Positions 20,712 through 32,856 of a DNA stretch of 44,087 nucleotides are shown piece after piece. The DNA is from Macrostomum lignano (lineage: Eukaryota), in NCBI GenBank assembly GCA_002269645.1, contig NIVC01004498.1, forward strand, positions 1 through 44,087, written 5' to 3'. Both the position numbers and the translations under genes were made by a program. Within the stretch, counting starts at the first letter, position 1. The number at the start of each line of letters is the position of its first letter. Under the pieces are notes generated by a model. The model ran no database searches. It saw nothing but the letters and a program-made list of their open reading frames with translations, and was not told where the DNA came from.

Positions 20712-22555
20712 TAGCTGAGGCTAATGAGCAAATTGCTGATCTGACTAATTGGTATGCCTGAGGCTAATGAGCTGATTGCTGATCTGACTAATGGGTATAG
20801 TTGAGGCTAATGAGCTGATTGCTTACCTGACTAATGGATATTCTGAGGCTAATGGAGTATGCCTGAGGCTAATAAGCTGATTGCTAATCTGACTAATATA
20901 GGTATAGCTGAGGCTAATGAGCTGATTGCTTACCTGACTAATGGGTATGCCTGAGGCTAATGAGCTGATTGCTAGTCTGACTAATGGGTATGCCTGAGGC
21001 TAATAAGCTGATTGCTAATCTGACTAATATAGGTATAGCTGAGGCTAATGAGCTGATTGCTGATCTGACTAATGGGTATGCCTGAGGCTAATGAGCTGAT
21101 TGCTGATCTGACTAATGGGTATAGTTGAGGCTAATGAGCTGATTGCTTACCTGACTAATGGATATTCTGAGGCTAATGGAGTATGCCTGAGGCTAATAAG
21201 CTGATTGCTAATCTGACTAATATAGGTATAGCTGAGGCTAATGAGCTGATTGCTTACCTGACTAATGGGTATGCCTGAGGCTAATGAGCAAATTGCTTAC
21301 CTGACTAATGGGTATGCCTGAGGCTAATGAGCTGATTGCTAGTCTGACTAATGGGTATGCCTGAGGCTAATAAGCTGATTGCTAATCTGACTAATATAGG
21401 TATAGCTGAGGCTAATGAGCTGATTGCTGATCTGACTAATGGGTATGCCTGAGGCTAATGAGCTGATTGCTAATCTGACTAATGGGTATGCCTGAGGCTA
21501 ATAAGCTGATTGCTAATCTGACTAATAGGTATAACTGAGGCTAATGAGCTGATTGCTAGTCTGACTAATGGGTATACCTGAGGCTAATGAGCTGATTGGT
21601 AGTCTGACTAATGGGTATACCTGAGGCTAATGACTGATTGCTAGTCTGACTAATGGGTATACCTGAGGCTAATGACCTGATTGCTAGTCTGACTAATGGG
21701 TATACCTGAGGCTAATGACCTGATTGCTAGTCTGACTAATGGGTATACCTGAGGCTAATGATCTGATTGCTAGTCTGACTAATGGGTATAGCTGAGGCTA
21801 ATGAGCTGATTGCTAGTCTGACTAATGGGTATACCTGAGGCTAATGACCTGATTGCTAGTCTGACTAATGGGTAGACCTGAGGCTAATGACCTGATTGCT
21901 AGTCTGACTAATGGGTATGCCTGAGGCTAATGAGCTGATTGCTAGTCTGACTAATGGGTATACCTGAGGCTAATGAGCTGATTGCTAGTCTGACTAATGG
22001 GTATACCTGAGGCTAATGAGCTGATTGCTAGTCTGACTAATGGGTATAGCTGAGGCTAATGAGCTGATTGCTAGTCTGACTAATAGGTATACCTGAGGCT
22101 AATGACCTGATTGCTAGTCTGACTAATGGGTATAGCTGAGGCTAATGAGCTGATTGCTAGTCTGACTAATGGGTATACCTGAGGCTAATGAGCTGATTGC
22201 TAGTCTGACTAATGGGTATACCTGAGGCTAATGAGCTGATTGCTGATCTGACTAATGGGTATGCCTGAGGCTAATGAGCTGATTGCTAATCTGACTAATG
22301 GGTATGCCTGAGGCTAATAAGCTGATTGCTAATCTGACTAATAGGTATACCTGAGGCTAATGACCTGATTGCTAGTCTGACTAATGGGTATACCTGAGGC
22401 TAATGACCTGATTGCTAGTCTGACTAATAGGTATACCTGAGGCTAATGATCTGATTGCTAGTCTGACTAATGGGTATACCTGAGGCTAATGAGCTGATTG
22501 CTAGTCTGACTAATGATAGAGCTGAGACTAATTGATTTCTAATCTGACTAATCTA
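20712..22555. repeat. 43-bp intergenic minisatellite (about 1.85 kb)
   Basis: Unit CTGAGGCTAATGAGCTGATTGCTAGTCTGACTAATGGGTATAC, about 42 copies with variants. Confidence 0.97.
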
Positions 22556-22929
22556 AGCCACATGTTTGATTAAACAACTTAAAGTCAAAGTCAAACATAC
22601 CGAAACTTCTTGTGTAATTAATCAGCTCGCAAGCAAAAAATAAATAAGACAGAGATAGCACACTTGACAAATTCAATAAAATTAAATTGCTACAAAAATG
22701 CTTAGAGTGTTGCTTAAAAACAGCAATATAAAAGCATTAGGGAACTGAATACTCGTAAAATTAAATTAAACAACACGTTTACCTATAGATATACAACAAT
22801 ATTGTTTTAAGGTTTTAACCAAGGTTTTAAGCGGAAATTTTAATCAAGCGAATATTTAGCGATACATTGTAAATAATAAAATCTTGGCACAATTTACAAG
22901 AATATGAAAGGGTAGCGGAGGCGTGACCA

Positions 22930-23205
22930 ACAACTGGGGATCTGGGAGGCTGGCTCAGCAACTGAGGATCTGGGAGGCTGGCTCAGCAACTGAGGATCTG
23001 GGAGGCTGGCTCAGCAACTGAGGATCTGGGAGGCTGGCCCAGCAACTGAGGATCTGGGAGGCTGGCCCAGCAACTGAGGATCTGAGAGGTGGCCCAGCAA
23101 CTGAGCATCTGGGAGGCTCGCGCCCAGCAACTGAGGATCTGAGAGGCTTGCCCAGCAACTGACACTCTGGGAGGCTGGCCTAGCCACTGAGAATCTGGGA
23201 GGCTT
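22930..23205. repeat. 28-bp minisatellite downstream of the CTC1-like stop
   Basis: Unit GCAACTGAGGATCTGGGAGGCTGGC(T/C)CA. Confidence 0.93.
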
Positions 23206-23294
23206 CTGAAGATGTAGTTCCAGCATCTTTGGAGCAAAAAATCGAGATCTAATAGCCAACCGAGCCATTCTTAATCAATCCGCACCCCACTGCC

Positions 23295-26200
23295 TCAGCC
23301 AGTGTGCATCACTCTCAACAGGGCCAGAGACACGTCCGGCAGCCGTTGCCTTGGCAACAGGTCGCTAACAGTCAGCTGCAACATGGTAGGCGGTTGACGA
23401 CGCAGCAGCCGCACCAGCAAGCGGACAGGCCGGCGACACCGGCTGCTCTCCAGGTGGTAGCGCAGCACCTCGGACAGGTAGGACCCGTCGCCGCCACCTC
23501 CGCTATTTTCATCCCAGCAGCGTCGATAAGCCACAGCGTGATTGGCACTGGCTACGCTATCAACAAACCTATTTGGGAATCCTAGCAGGCGGCAGATCGT
23601 GTAGAAGCCTCGACAGGACAGACTAGCTGATTGAGTGCCATCCTGAAGCAGGACGAAGGCTTCCGCAAGCGGTGGCTGCGCCGTTAAAGATGACGGGTGG
23701 AACTGGAAAATATGGAACAGAAGATTTTATCATTTCTGTCTTTGACTTGCTACTGAACAGTAGGAATAAAATAATTTTTGCACAAAAATTTAAATTTTCG
23801 AATTTGCGAGAAATTTGCATTACAATGCGCGGATATACTACTAATTACGCTTACTAAATTAAGTAGAATATGAGGTTCTATTTACTTATTTAGTGATTTT
23901 GAGTGTCATATACCCCTAAAGATTTTTAGTAAGTGGTTTACCGATATGTATCGAAAAAGCCATAGAATCCATCGCCTCACCTGAAATCGACAGACCGCGG
24001 ACAGAAAGCAGTCCAACTGAAATACTCGACCTTCGTCAAACCAGTTAGCCAAACCGGACTCAACAGCTGATGTCAAATTGAATTCAATTAAAGCTCCGAT
24101 GCTGTCAAAGTATTCACCGCTATGAAGGTTGTCAGCAACGGCTGCTGTTTGACGCGTTGGTCGACCATTGGCCGATCGGGTCACCTAGTAAAAGTGGCGG
24201 TTAATCGCTTTTATACATTGCATGCGCAACTAGCTACTCTCATCAGCAGCATGGTAACGTTTCCACCTCGAAACCAAAAATGATTCCAAATTCGCGGCTC
24301 TTTTTACAATTCTGCGACTCACGTGATGCGCTCGTGACTGATGACAATAATAATAATTAATAATTGATTACACCTGCCCCAATTGGGCTAGATGTGCAAC
24401 CAACAGCTCAGCCGCAGCTATTGCGCGGCGCATCTGAAGGCTGCGTACGGCTGTTCAGTCCAAGGAGGGGGGGGGGTCGCTACACACACAGCCTCAATTA
24501 CCTCAGCTAATGCTGTCACCCATTTTACAGCTGAGTGAACTGAAGCAACGCAAGGTGTCTTGCTCAAGGACACAAATTGTTCCGAGTAGGATCGGGATCG
24601 AAGCCCCCGACCTTCAAGTCGTAAGTCCGACGCTCTAACCACTAGGCTACAGCCCCGTGTGACTTAACAGTCGCTTCTGTCACATTGCAGTTGTTTTAGT
24701 CGTTAAAAAGTCACAAGAGTCGCTAGAGTCACCAGTGAGTTGCTTGCAATGACTCTTTTGCAATTTTAGCGGTCACGGTTAACGTTTTCAATGGTCGAGG
24801 ACAACGGGCGTGGTGCTGGTGTGAATTGCACCAATTGGGGCTGAGAGGAACTTTACCATGCTTCTGATTGTATATACTGGTAGGTATGTAGTAGTGACAC
24901 CAACCGACAACAGATGAATGGTAGGATTGATATCGGAGCAGACGCAGAGCAACTCCGCAGATTTTTTAGCATTCGCAGCCCCATTTTCAGCGTCATTGAA
25001 CTGGCGCCTGCTGACATTCAACAGTAGGACATCTTCGGCGTGGAAATTCGAACTAGCCAAATGCTGAATCATCTCTAAACGTCTAATATTCGATAGCGGA
25101 GCGCAGAATTGCACTCTAGCCGCTTCTTCGTCGGCTATCGGATCACCAATTAGAAGCCAAGCGTTGCCATGGCAACCAGATCTATCGTTGCCGAAGTCCA
25201 ATAGTCGTCCGCGTAGAGCAAACAAGCGTAGATGCCCGGATACCCGAGCGCGACTGGACGTCAGCCAATCAGATTGGCGCAATTGAACACACTCTACGCT
25301 GATTGGTCGCCGCTTTAAACTAATTAATAAAGGAGTTGCCGATGTCAGACAGTCAGTTTCGCTGGTTGCTAAGGAACTAGCTGCCAGATGTTGATCGGTA
25401 GAAATCTCGTCAGAGACAATTCTATATGTACCAGATGGCAGCAGCAGTTCGCGCAGCACTGAAGCTGTGTAAAAACGCAAACGAATAGATAAGGTAAGAG
25501 AAAATTTCAATGGAAATATATTGGCCACTGGGCTTCGTTAGGATTAAAGAGGCTTAGGAGGTCTTAATTCTGAGGGATCTAGAGTTCTAGACAGTTCCCA
25601 TATATAGCGATCTCTAGAGTCAACAGACAATCCTCATATAGTGATCTGGAGTCTACAGACAATCCTCATAGTGATCTATAGTCTACAGACAATCCTCATA
25701 GTGATCTATAGTCTACAGACAATCCTCATAGTGATCTATAGTCTACAGACAATCCTCATAAAGTGATCAATAGTCTACAGACAATCCTCATAGTGATCTA
25801 TAGTCTACAGACAATCCTCATAGTGATCTATAGTCTACAGACAATCCTCATAAAGTGATCAATAGTCTACAGACAATCCTCATAGTGATCTATAGTCTAC
25901 AGACAATCCTCATATAGTGATCTAGAGTCTACAGACAATCCTCATATAGTGATCTAGAGTCTACAGACAATCTTTATATAGTGATCTAGAGTCTACAGAC
26001 AATCCTCATATAGTGATCTAGAGTCTACAGACAATCCTCATATAGTGATCTAGAGTCTACAGACAATCCTCATATAGTGATCTAGAGTCTACAGACAATC
26101 CTCATATAGTGATCTAGAGTCTACAGACAATCCTCATATAGTGATCTAGAGTCTACAGACAATCCTCATATAGTGATCTAGAGTCTACAGACAATCCTCA

Positions 26201-28287
26201 TATAGTGATCTAGAGTCTACAGACAATCTTTATATAGTGATCCAGGGTGTACAGACAATCCTCCTAGGCTCTATAGGACTTAAAGACAATACTAAATTAT
26301 AATTAATTTTAATGTTACAAAAAGAACGCAGCCATCTTACCGCTTCCACTCATTTCCATCAGCACTTTAATCTGTTTGCTACGATTTTCATTAGCATCAC
26401 CATCACTACTAGCTGCTTTAAGCGTTCCAGCCAGACTGAATGAGCCAACGCTAACACTGTGACAAGAGTTCACAGTCAGTTCAATTGAATCGGTTCCAAG
26501 ACTTCGCCGACGCTGTCTCTGATTAATCTTCGAGGCCACAGCCGTAGCTAAATGAGAACACCGAACTAACAGCAGCATAGAGCCATCCCAATCGATTAAG
26601 CTAGCCCTAACTATCGGCAATTTCAACACAACTAAATGCACCATTCGAGCTGATAGATTCAATCGAACTGGACCGTCGTGAATCAGTCGCATAGCCACAG
26701 ACGAATTACTATTAGTAGTAAACAAGTCTAGTCGCAGTCTTTCTCCAATAGGATCGAATGCTATTCGCCGACCAATAAGAATGACGGAATTTGAACTATC
26801 CGAAGCCAAGGACAGGCCCGTTGGTATAGTTGTTGCCAATAGCAACTGCACTGGATTAATAGCATCCGATAATCTGTGCAATTTAACAAATTTTTCCACT
26901 AATTGTTTATGATACTGACGTCGGTAGGCAAGAATCCTTGTCTCTTTCTCCGGTATTGCCGACATTGATAGCAGAGCTTTGCAAAGTGCCACTAGAAGGC
27001 CTCGATCTGATGACCTATCAATAGACTGAAGCGTTATTGACCAGGCCAATAGGCGAATAATAGTCGAACTATTGTCATCAATTTCACTGTTGAATAATAA
27101 TTCACTAATTAACCAATGTTGGTTATTGATTTTTGAATGACTGTCATTTCCTTGACTATCATTTTCGTCAATATGTTTTGGACAATGCAGACTAGTGTAC
27201 ACGTAGGCAACTATCACTGTTGCTATCCGATTGTTAGTTGCAATTTTTATTGCCTGACAAGCTGATCCAGTGTACAGGTGAGCATTCCTAAGCTGAATTA
27301 TTCGGCTAACAATGCTTCGAGACAATGATGTCAATGTTGATGGGAATAGCGCTAGCAAGGCTGGCTCACCTGTTATAAGTGCAAAAAGGGGAGATGGGTG
27401 ACAAGGTAGACAAAAAAGGGGAGATAGGAAAGAAAAGTGGAGAGAGGGTAGACGGGAGAGGAGTTAGTAGAAATGGTGTAGAAAGGAGAGAATAGATTCG
27501 GGAAGGGGAGATGGGAGAAGGGAAAGTAGGGAGAGTGGCCCTTGTTTCTCCGCTGTGTCAACAGACTAACCTGCAGCTAAGGAAAGTGGAGGGGAGAGAA
27601 TAGAGATTGAAGATATATATCATGGTTTCAAGAATCAAGCATATAAACATTAGAAAAAACAAACTATAAAGTGCATCTTTTGAAGTGCATATCAGCTCAT
27701 CAAAGCGCAGTCTTACCTGGAGAGTCAGCCACACTGCCTTCGCAGTGATCTGATAGAATATTGACATAGGCAAATCCTTCAGTCAGAGACAATGACGTCA
27801 CTTTCGCATTGATAAATCTTCGATAAGTAGAGCATTGTCCAACAATGCAGTTACAGTTTCCAGCCTCACTGCTACTAGAGGAAATGCCAATTTGCAAAGA
27901 AGCTGGTGCTACCAGATTTTGTAAACAGTCTGGGAATTTTGCAGCATTATTATGACCACTATTAAGCTCAAGTCGCCAACAGCCATACTCAGAACCTGAA
28001 GCCATTGTTAGCTTCACCGGCTTGGTAGGCAATCCATCAGACAAATCTAGCCAATTTCCAATTGCCAGTTTATTGTAACATTGCACTAATTGTTGATAAC
28101 AATCATTGTAACTATTCAGTTGGTTGCTACCACATGTTACAATAACATTCTCTGTTCGACAGAAACAATATCCTGCACTATTGACTCTAGTTGGTTGCAA
28201 TTTAAGTACCAAACAGCATGGCTTCAATTTTATTGGATGAGACACAGCAACAAGATAGCCAGATGGACCACAGGGCTGTAAATGCAA
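23295..28287 (-). CDS. CTC1: Divergent CST complex subunit CTC1-like OB-fold protein, 5' incomplete (exons 28287-27717, 27369-26341, 25464-24857, 24184-23981, 23702-23295; about 939 aa)
   Basis: Five exons join through GT-AG introns with matching phases (1,1,0,0). By-eye similarity to recalled human CTC1: VLLQDGTQSASLSCRG vs LLVEDGTAEAVVTCRN, IIQLRNAHL vs CLQLQDVHL, GYLVAVSHPIK vs GSLVRLSALVK. The exon structure is well supported; the identity is moderate. Confidence 0.62.
24346..24656 (-). mobile_element. tRNA-derived SINE with a CORE-like central domain
   Basis: Minus strand: GGGGCTGTAGCCTAGTGGTTAGAGCG (A-box), GGCTTCGATCCC (B-box-like), TGTGTCCTTGAGCAAGACAC...CTCAGCTGTAAAATGGGT (CORE/MIR-like), then an (ATT)n tail. 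Confidence 0.8.
25615..26265. repeat. 30/32-bp intronic minisatellite
   Basis: Unit GTGATCTAGAGTCTACAGACAATCCTCATATA and a shorter variant. Confidence 0.96.
27385..27600. repeat. GA-rich low-complexity intronic tract
   Basis: Purine-rich plus strand (pyrimidine-rich on the gene strand). Confidence 0.7.
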
Positions 28288-28999
28288 CTGTAATTAGCAA
28301 AAAACACAATTAAAACTCCTTATATAAATCAGTGCAGACATAAAAAAATACACAAAGGCTTTGCTTGAAGACATTTTGCCAAAATATAAACTTTGTTATT
28401 AATTTTCTTATAAATATACAATTAGCACCATTTTTCAATGACTTTTAATATTTTTGTTTGCTATAAGAAACTTTTATAAATGATAATATACTTAGAATTA
28501 GATGCAAATGTGAATCCATAAGAGAATATATAAAACAAATATATTTTTTGATATTTTTATCAAACAGAATTTTTGCAATACCAGTACATTAAAGAAATCA
28601 TAACCCCACTCAAGTAAAAAAGTTTGAAGTTTTGAAGCATGTCCTTTTGTATAATTATTACTTCACTTTTCCAAAATAGATCTTATATCATTTTTTCAAT
28701 TTATTTTAAATAACTTGTTTTACTACTTTCTATTATCCAGTGTTAACCATATTGATTTTTGAGAATAATATGTTTTCAATTTCAAAGCCTAGTTATGAAT
28801 ACTAATTAAAATGTATCCTGTGATTGATGCCTTGAATTACTAATATTTATTTATTGTTTTATAGCTCATTTTTTAACTTTTTTTGTTTTTCTACTATTTA
28901 AAAATGTTTTTTTAGTTTTTACTCAACTAAGAAGGATAGTTATAGTAGCTCAACATCATTCTCAACATGCTTCCATTACACTTAGTCATCAGAGCTGAG

Positions 29000-30040
29000 G
29001 CAATAAAGGGTACCATGCATCTAATTTGCACTAAATTGCTCATAACTTTTGAATGCCAAGAGATATTAACATAATTCAAAACGTATTGCATAGATAGATA
29101 AAGCTGCTTTCTTGAAATGTCAACACCATTTATTTATCTGACTAGCTATGAAGTACATTGAAAATTCCCACTACTTTTTGGATACCCCTCATATCTTTCT
29201 GCCACAATAGAGCCATCCACTAGATATGGACATTAACCAGAAAAGCTACGGAATTTACTGCTTCACTAATGGGATCCTTGTGAGATAGCCTAGCTGCTTT
29301 AGACATAGCTGTTTTCTACAAGGGTAAAGCAATCTTGCAAGAGAATCATTACCTTGGTAAGAATGTCTTATTTTTACAATCGATAAGATGAGCGACTGAG
29401 GCAATGTCATGCTCTACAAGAGAAGCTGAAGAAGCTGGGTGAAAACTTTTGGCATCAAATCATTACTGCTAACAAAATCTAGTTGTTGCACTACAACCCT
29501 AAAACCAAGCAGCAGCCCAAAGTTTGGGTGGCCCCTGGAGAGCCTTTCCCAACCAAGGCCAATGTAATACCAGCTATTACCAAAACAATGGTAATAGTTT
29601 TCTAGGACTATGAAAGACTCATATATATTGACTACCTAGAAAAGCACTAGACCATTAACTCCTAATGCTATATTGCATCCCTAGCTAGTTTGCAGTTGCA
29701 GCTAGTCAAATGCTAACCTGGGAAGCTGCATGCTAGCATTTCTTGCAGCATGACAATACATAGCTGCATATATCCTGAGCCATATTGGCAGAAATACATA
29801 AAAAACTAGAGAATTCTGCCACATCTACTATATAGCCCTGATCTGGTATCTAGTGATTATTGCCTTTTTAGTCTAATAAAATATGCTCTCCATAGTTGGT
29901 GTTATAGCAGTAAAAAGGAGCTTGGTTGTAACCTTGAGAAGTGGTTCAGAAGTCAACCTAAAGAGTGGTTTGCCACTAGGATCAAAAAGTTATCAAAGTG
30001 CTGGGATTACTGCATTAATACAGAGTAAACTTACCCTTTT
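29000..30040 (+). mobile_element. Decayed mariner (DD34D-type) transposon
   Basis: Degenerate motifs HYNPKTKQQPKVW..PGEP, KTMVIVF*DYE.LIYIDYLEK, QHDN, ILPHLLYSPDLVSSDY and IKKLSKCWDYCI, with many stops. Boundaries are approximate. Confidence 0.85.
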
Positions 30041-31259
30041 GGTGTTATAAACCAAAGTCTAAGAGCTTTTTGATTGCCTACTCATATTTCATGGCATAAA
30101 AAGTAAAATATTGAATTTGAAATTTTTATTGGCTCTATTATAGATAATTCATTTTTTTTTAATCTATTATTGTATAGTATATAAGATTAGTTAAACATGC
30201 TATATACTTAATATAACAATAGCCATTGCTGGCAATTTTTTAGTTTACTATATTTAATAATTTTTCAGTTTTCTTAAACTTTACAGCCAATTTACCAACT
30301 CTGCAATGGCTAGAAGGCCTAGAGCACCAACCACAATCATTTCTAAAGCTGATATGAGGCCAACCACCAATTGCAAGCTCATAGACATTGGTATCAACCT
30401 ACAAGAACCACAGGCAGGGTTTTTTGGGCCATACAGTTTTTTTAGTGCCTTGAAAATAACATTGGCAACTGGATTTTCAGCATCAAAGGCTAATCTGGCA
30501 ACTTCATTTTCCCTGTGCCAGTTGCCAATTTCAAAAAATGATTTTGTAAGTATATTAAAAGTGCCATATAAATGGATAGGATGGAATTGTTAGTTTGTTA
30601 TTGTTTGCAATATAGATAGCAGTCTTAAGAGTTAAAAGAACTAATTTCTGCTTTTTAAATGTAGCCTTAGAAATATCCATCCTTAAGAATTTGGCTAGTT
30701 GCCAATGAGCAACCAAAAATAAGCCAAAACAACCAATAAACTAAGAGATTTCTGCTATTGCCTATTAAAATTTTGTCAAAATTTAAAACTAATGCCCTAA
30801 ATGCACTTTTAGTAAAATCTTATAGATTATGTCATGGTCCAATAGTTATGCCCCAAAAGATTTCAGCTTATTACTAGCAATCTAGTGTGCCCCCCCCTTA
30901 AGGGCAACTAATAAGCAAGTGTGATAGTGATGTTCCTATATGATACAAAATCCCACGGCTGCCACTAAAGTTGTGATAGAGGTGAGCTTCCCTCTATTAA
31001 TATCTCACTAATTAGCCACAACTAACTTTTTAAAAATCACTTTATTTATTTAAAATAGTCACAGACAATGATATTTTCTATGAATCTCTTTTTCCTAAAA
31101 GTAATAAATAGACAACAAAATATAGCTTTCACAAAGATACTTTGGGTGTGGGGTAAGTAATGTCACTACAGGCTTCTATCTAAAATATGTAGGCACATGG
31201 ACATGTAGGTAGTGTAGCTGCAAAATAAACTTAGTAAAACAATACCAGTGCATTTGAGA

Positions 31260-31972
31260 TGTGCATAGGTTGTTTATGGCCCAAGATATTGCAAGAATAC
31301 GCCAAGCAGATTTAGCAAGTGCAGCACAATAAAAAATCATCTATGCAGCAAACAAAAATCACCATGAATCTTAACAAGATGCCTGCACCAAGCAGATCTG
31401 CAAGGTGTTTAGCAGGTGGGGCTTGAATGACATCCTAAACTGCCTGGTTGCTGAGGATGAAAGCTGGCTCTACCTGGATGGCAAGGGCAGCAAAGCAGAC
31501 AATTGCTGCTGGCTAGGAGCTGGGGACTCTAGGGCAACTGTGACCAGAAAGTCCATCTTGGACTAGAAGACCATGCTGCTAGTAGCCTTCATGCCAAATG
31601 AACAAGTCTCCATCCGCACAACTCCATTGAACTTTGTCTGGCACAGTGGCGACCTCTGGCACACTCTCCAGTCAAATCCAATTTACCTAGACGAGGTTTT
31701 GTGGTAGATGGAAACCATATGGCTTCACACCTGAAGGCAGTTTCTAAATTTCTGCTTTATGGCAAGTGAATATGCTCTGACAGAGTCCCTACAGCTTGGA
31801 CTTCAACTTTTCCTGTTCCTGTTCAAGATTCCTGTTCAAATGGCTGAAAGCTGACTTTTCCAAGAAGAGTTTTGCAACCTACAAAGAGGTCAAACAGGCT
31901 GCATTGCACTGGTTATGGCAGTTGGAGGAAAAACATCTGTAGGCTGAGGTGGACAAGCTGTATGTGGTATAT
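31260..31972 (+). mobile_element. Second decayed mariner-like transposase remnant, ending at the LTR element insertion
   Basis: LVAEDESWLY (IVTGDETW-like) at 31444-31473, KTMLLVAF, SPYSLD and EVKQAALHWL. Confidence 0.7.
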
Positions 31973-32836
31973 TGTAGAGTGTTCTACCTCCCGTTAAAGG
32001 AGGAAAAAGGAAGATAATCGTATAATACTACTATAAGTAAGTAAGTACACGCATGTGCGCCTAAGCTTTGAATGAATCACGCTACCAGAAAAAGATGTTA
32101 CCAGAATAATACGCCATGAGCCATTTTCCCCTTTTAGCGCAACACGTGAATTGTCATGATACTATTTTGGATCAAAAACTTGTCTATAAATACAAGCGAT
32201 CTGAAGCGGTACCGGAGCCATTCTCCCCACGGAAGAGGAGCGCTCCGAAGAGGAAGCCTTAGGAGGACTTCCTGATCTACCAAGTCAATCGAGACTCGGT
32301 CGAGTTGTTGCGGTAAGCCTTCCTTATTTGCGCCCGTTGTGTTAGAGACGTCTCGCTCAAGTCTATTGAGACTTGAGTCTAATTGAGTCTGTTGAGACTC
32401 TTGAGTCTGTTTAGACTCCATTGGTTGCAGTCTCCAGAAGGACTGCCCCTGATAGATCTTAGAGGACTATCAGTGGTTTCCGGAGCTATACCTAGAGTGC
32501 ATAGAGGCACTGCTAGAAGAAGGAGGCTTAATTTAGACCGCAGTTTGGCGCAGGGTACCCATTGTTGCTACGAGGCCTCTGATTGGTCCTGACGGAAGAT
32601 ACCGGCCGGAAGAACTTATCAGAAGTACAAGAGGAACCAGGACCAGAGCAACTGAAGAATCAAGGCGCCTGATCTACGAGATCTACTGACAAGTTCCTAG
32701 CGAGAACTACTCAAGAAATTCAAATCCGGATTAAAGGTAATTGAATACCTTCGTTTGACTTACTGGGTTGCCTAGCTGTTGAGCTAGAAGTGATTGTTCC
32801 TTGATTATCGAAAGTCGGGTAATAAGGAACACATCA
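31973..32836 (+). repeat. 5' LTR (864 bp)
   Basis: TGTAGAGTG...CACATCA, directly repeated at 41718-42580. Confidence 0.97.
32185..32192 (+). promoter_or_regulatory. Candidate LTR TATA box
   Basis: TATAAATA about 210 nt into the LTR, followed by an ATG-free leader. Confidence 0.5.
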
Positions 32837-32838
32837 AT

Positions 32839-32856
32839 TGGTGATCTCGCCCTCTC
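32839..32856 (+). other. Primer binding site (possibly tRNA-Trp-like, imperfect)
   Basis: TGGTGATCTCGCCC two nt after the LTR end; TGG is complementary to the tRNA CCA. Confidence 0.6.

Noticed and set aside
22955-23268. Minus-strand ORFs as extra exons of the CTC1-like gene
   Set aside because: They lie past the stop at 23295 and derive from the 28-bp repeat.
2088-26265. Regular arrays as possible CRISPR loci
   Set aside because: Units are head-to-tail with no unique spacers, the context is eukaryotic, and there are no cas genes.
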